This document shows, piece by piece, positions 62,260 through 64,000 of a stretch of DNA of 64,000 bases (the stretch's first letter is position 1; the number at the start of each line of letters is the position of its first letter). The DNA lies in contig CBDDEL010000015.1 of assembly GCA_965226885.1 (NCBI GenBank), forward strand, positions 448,001 to 512,000. Direction: 5' to 3'. A program made the translations under genes and the position numbers. The notes under the pieces were generated by a model. It was not told the DNA's origin and ran no database searches. It saw only the letters and a list, made by a program, of their open reading frames with translations. The stretch is from Opitutales bacterium (GTDB lineage Bacteria > Verrucomicrobiota > Verrucomicrobiia > Opitutales > UBA2987).

Positions 62260-63618
62260 TTATACCTTTTCTAGAATTGCCGTGGTCACGTGGCTACCGG
62301 TACCGGCATGGCTAATGGCCGCTCCTCTTGAGGGGTTCTTTACTTGCAGACTACGAAAGTCATCAGGTTTGGTCTTGCCGAAACCCTGCCAAATCTTCGG
62401 ATCTGCGTGGAACTTATCCCATTTCTCACACAATTGCCAGAAGACTTCGATAATCTGGAAAATGCCAGTCGCGCCAACCGCATGCATCGTGCCGAGGAGG
62501 CCGCCGGAAAGGTTCGTGGGCAGCCTCCCTTCGAAGTAAGCATCCCCGCTTTCGATGAAGTCCCTGCCTTGTCCATAAGGCCGCAGTCCGATATCCTCGT
62601 AGGTCTGGATATCGCTGATGGTAAAAGCATCGTGCGTTTCCAAGAGATCAAAATCCTCCAGGGGATCCTCAATGCCGGCCATATTATAGGCCAGATAAGC
62701 GGACATCCTGGCGGCCAGAAAAGAGGTAAATCCCGGCCATTCGTGGTTGTGGTTTTCGTAGAGATCGGCTGGCTCGTGGGGAAGCCTCAGTATCTCCATC
62801 TCTCTTCGATCAGCGGTTCTCAGGGTATGAGTTCCCCCGCAAATCGCCTTCAGGCAGATGGGGTTGGCGCTGAGTTTAAAGGCCATTTCCTCATCGGCCA
62901 ATATTATGACGGCAGCCCCCGTGCTCATTACGCAACAGTCCAAAAAGCTCAGGGGATCAGATACCATATCGCTTTCGAGGACTTCCTCAACGGTCAGTTC
63001 ACCGGGGTTTTGAGCGAATGGTGAAAACCGGGCGTAATGATGGTTCTTGACCGATATTTTTGCCAGAGTTTCCCGCGAGACATTGTATTCGTGCTGATAG
63101 CGTTGGGCCATGAGGGCGTAGTAGCTGGCGTACATCCAACCAAGTTCGGATTCGAAGTTTTTGCAGGCAGCCGAGGCAATATATGAGTTCCCCTGCTTGG
63201 TGGGGACTTCGTCCATGCGTTCCCAACCGATCACGGGGACCACATTGGCGTAGCCGGAAGCGATCGCCAGAGCGCCTGTAAGGACGCTCGAACCTCCCGT
63301 AGCGCCGCCCGTTTTCACTTCGATATTACCCAGGGGATCGAATCCCAGGGCATCATGCATTCTGGCTGCGGCCAGCAACTGGTCGCCGAAGTGATCGGCA
63401 AACTGCGAATAGACGCAAAAATTCACCATCCCGACAAACTCGTGTTGCGACACCTTAAGGTCGTTTTCGAGGACGGCCATGTTGATCGCTTCGAGAACGA
63501 GCTCTTCGGTGCTTTTTTCGGGGTAGTGTTTGCGAAAGTCAGTCATCCCTCCGGCGACGATGTAGACGGGTCTTTCGAACTTAGGGATATGCAGATTTCC
63601 GTCGCCAAACTTAATCAT
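62260..63618 (-). CDS. SCP2/Ltp-type thiolase-fold protein lacking the canonical Cys
   Basis: VKTGGATGG, THDAF, NLSGGLLGTMHAVGATG. Confidence 0.85.
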   Translation of the reverse strand: MIKFGDGNLHIPKFERPVYIVAGGMTDFRKHYPEKSTEELVLEAINMAVLENDLKVSQHEFVGMVNFCVYSQFADHFGDQLLAAARMHDALGFDPLGNIEVKTGGATGGSSVLTGALAIASGYANVVPVIGWERMDEVPTKQGNSYIASAACKNFESELGWMYASYYALMAQRYQHEYNVSRETLAKISVKNHHYARFSPFAQNPGELTVEEVLESDMVSDPLSFLDCCVMSTGAAVIILADEEMAFKLSANPICLKAICGGTHTLRTADRREMEILRLPHEPADLYENHNHEWPGFTSFLAARMSAYLAYNMAGIEDPLEDFDLLETHDAFTISDIQTYEDIGLRPYGQGRDFIESGDAYFEGRLPTNLSGGLLGTMHAVGATGIFQIIEVFWQLCEKWDKFHADPKIWQGFGKTKPDDFRSLQVKNPSRGAAISHAGTGSHVTTAILEKV

Positions 63619-63773
63619 AACGGTTTTTTATGCTAGAAATTTTTCTTCTCTTGTCAAATCGGAACAAGAATACTCGACTCGTGCGCTACTCCCACGGTGT
63701 ATCCAGAAAAAACCTACAATTCACGCATTCATTATCGGAACAATTTAAGAATGAAGATTTCCGGCAAGCCGCT

Positions 63774-64000
<227 letters not shown>

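Overview
Bacterial chromosomal window, probably Verrucomicrobiota/Opitutia (a tentative inference from the Lgt and CGWS-glutaredoxin sequences). It has two halves. Positions 1-44.4 kb are a decaying accessory region where about 22 kb (about 34% of the window) is insertion sequence. There are 7 element types: IS1, two different IS3, IS5/ISNCY-like, IS21, IS630 and IS1380, in about 17 copies or pieces, many nested and several with non-matching flanks. Between them lie an enolase-family dehydratase, a PhoD/TonB receptor/GntR/sulfatase locus, a sigma54 activator and EPS genes, plus pseudogenes (DapA-like aldolase, TatT/TRAP transporter, glycosyltransferase, hybrid histidine kinase). Positions 44.4-64 kb are IS-free and mostly housekeeping: gcvH/gcvT, CNNM, lgt, Zn dehydrogenase, glutaredoxin, gltB, a nonsense-mutated GIY-YIG nuclease, tarD-like, queG, nfeD-nfeD-floA, DUF35 plus a Cys-less thiolase-fold protein, and a partial thiolase. 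The most unusual signal is a set of 12 perfect 6-22 bp tandem duplications with little or no junction microhomology. Five of them frameshift genes. No rRNA, tRNA or CRISPR array was seen.
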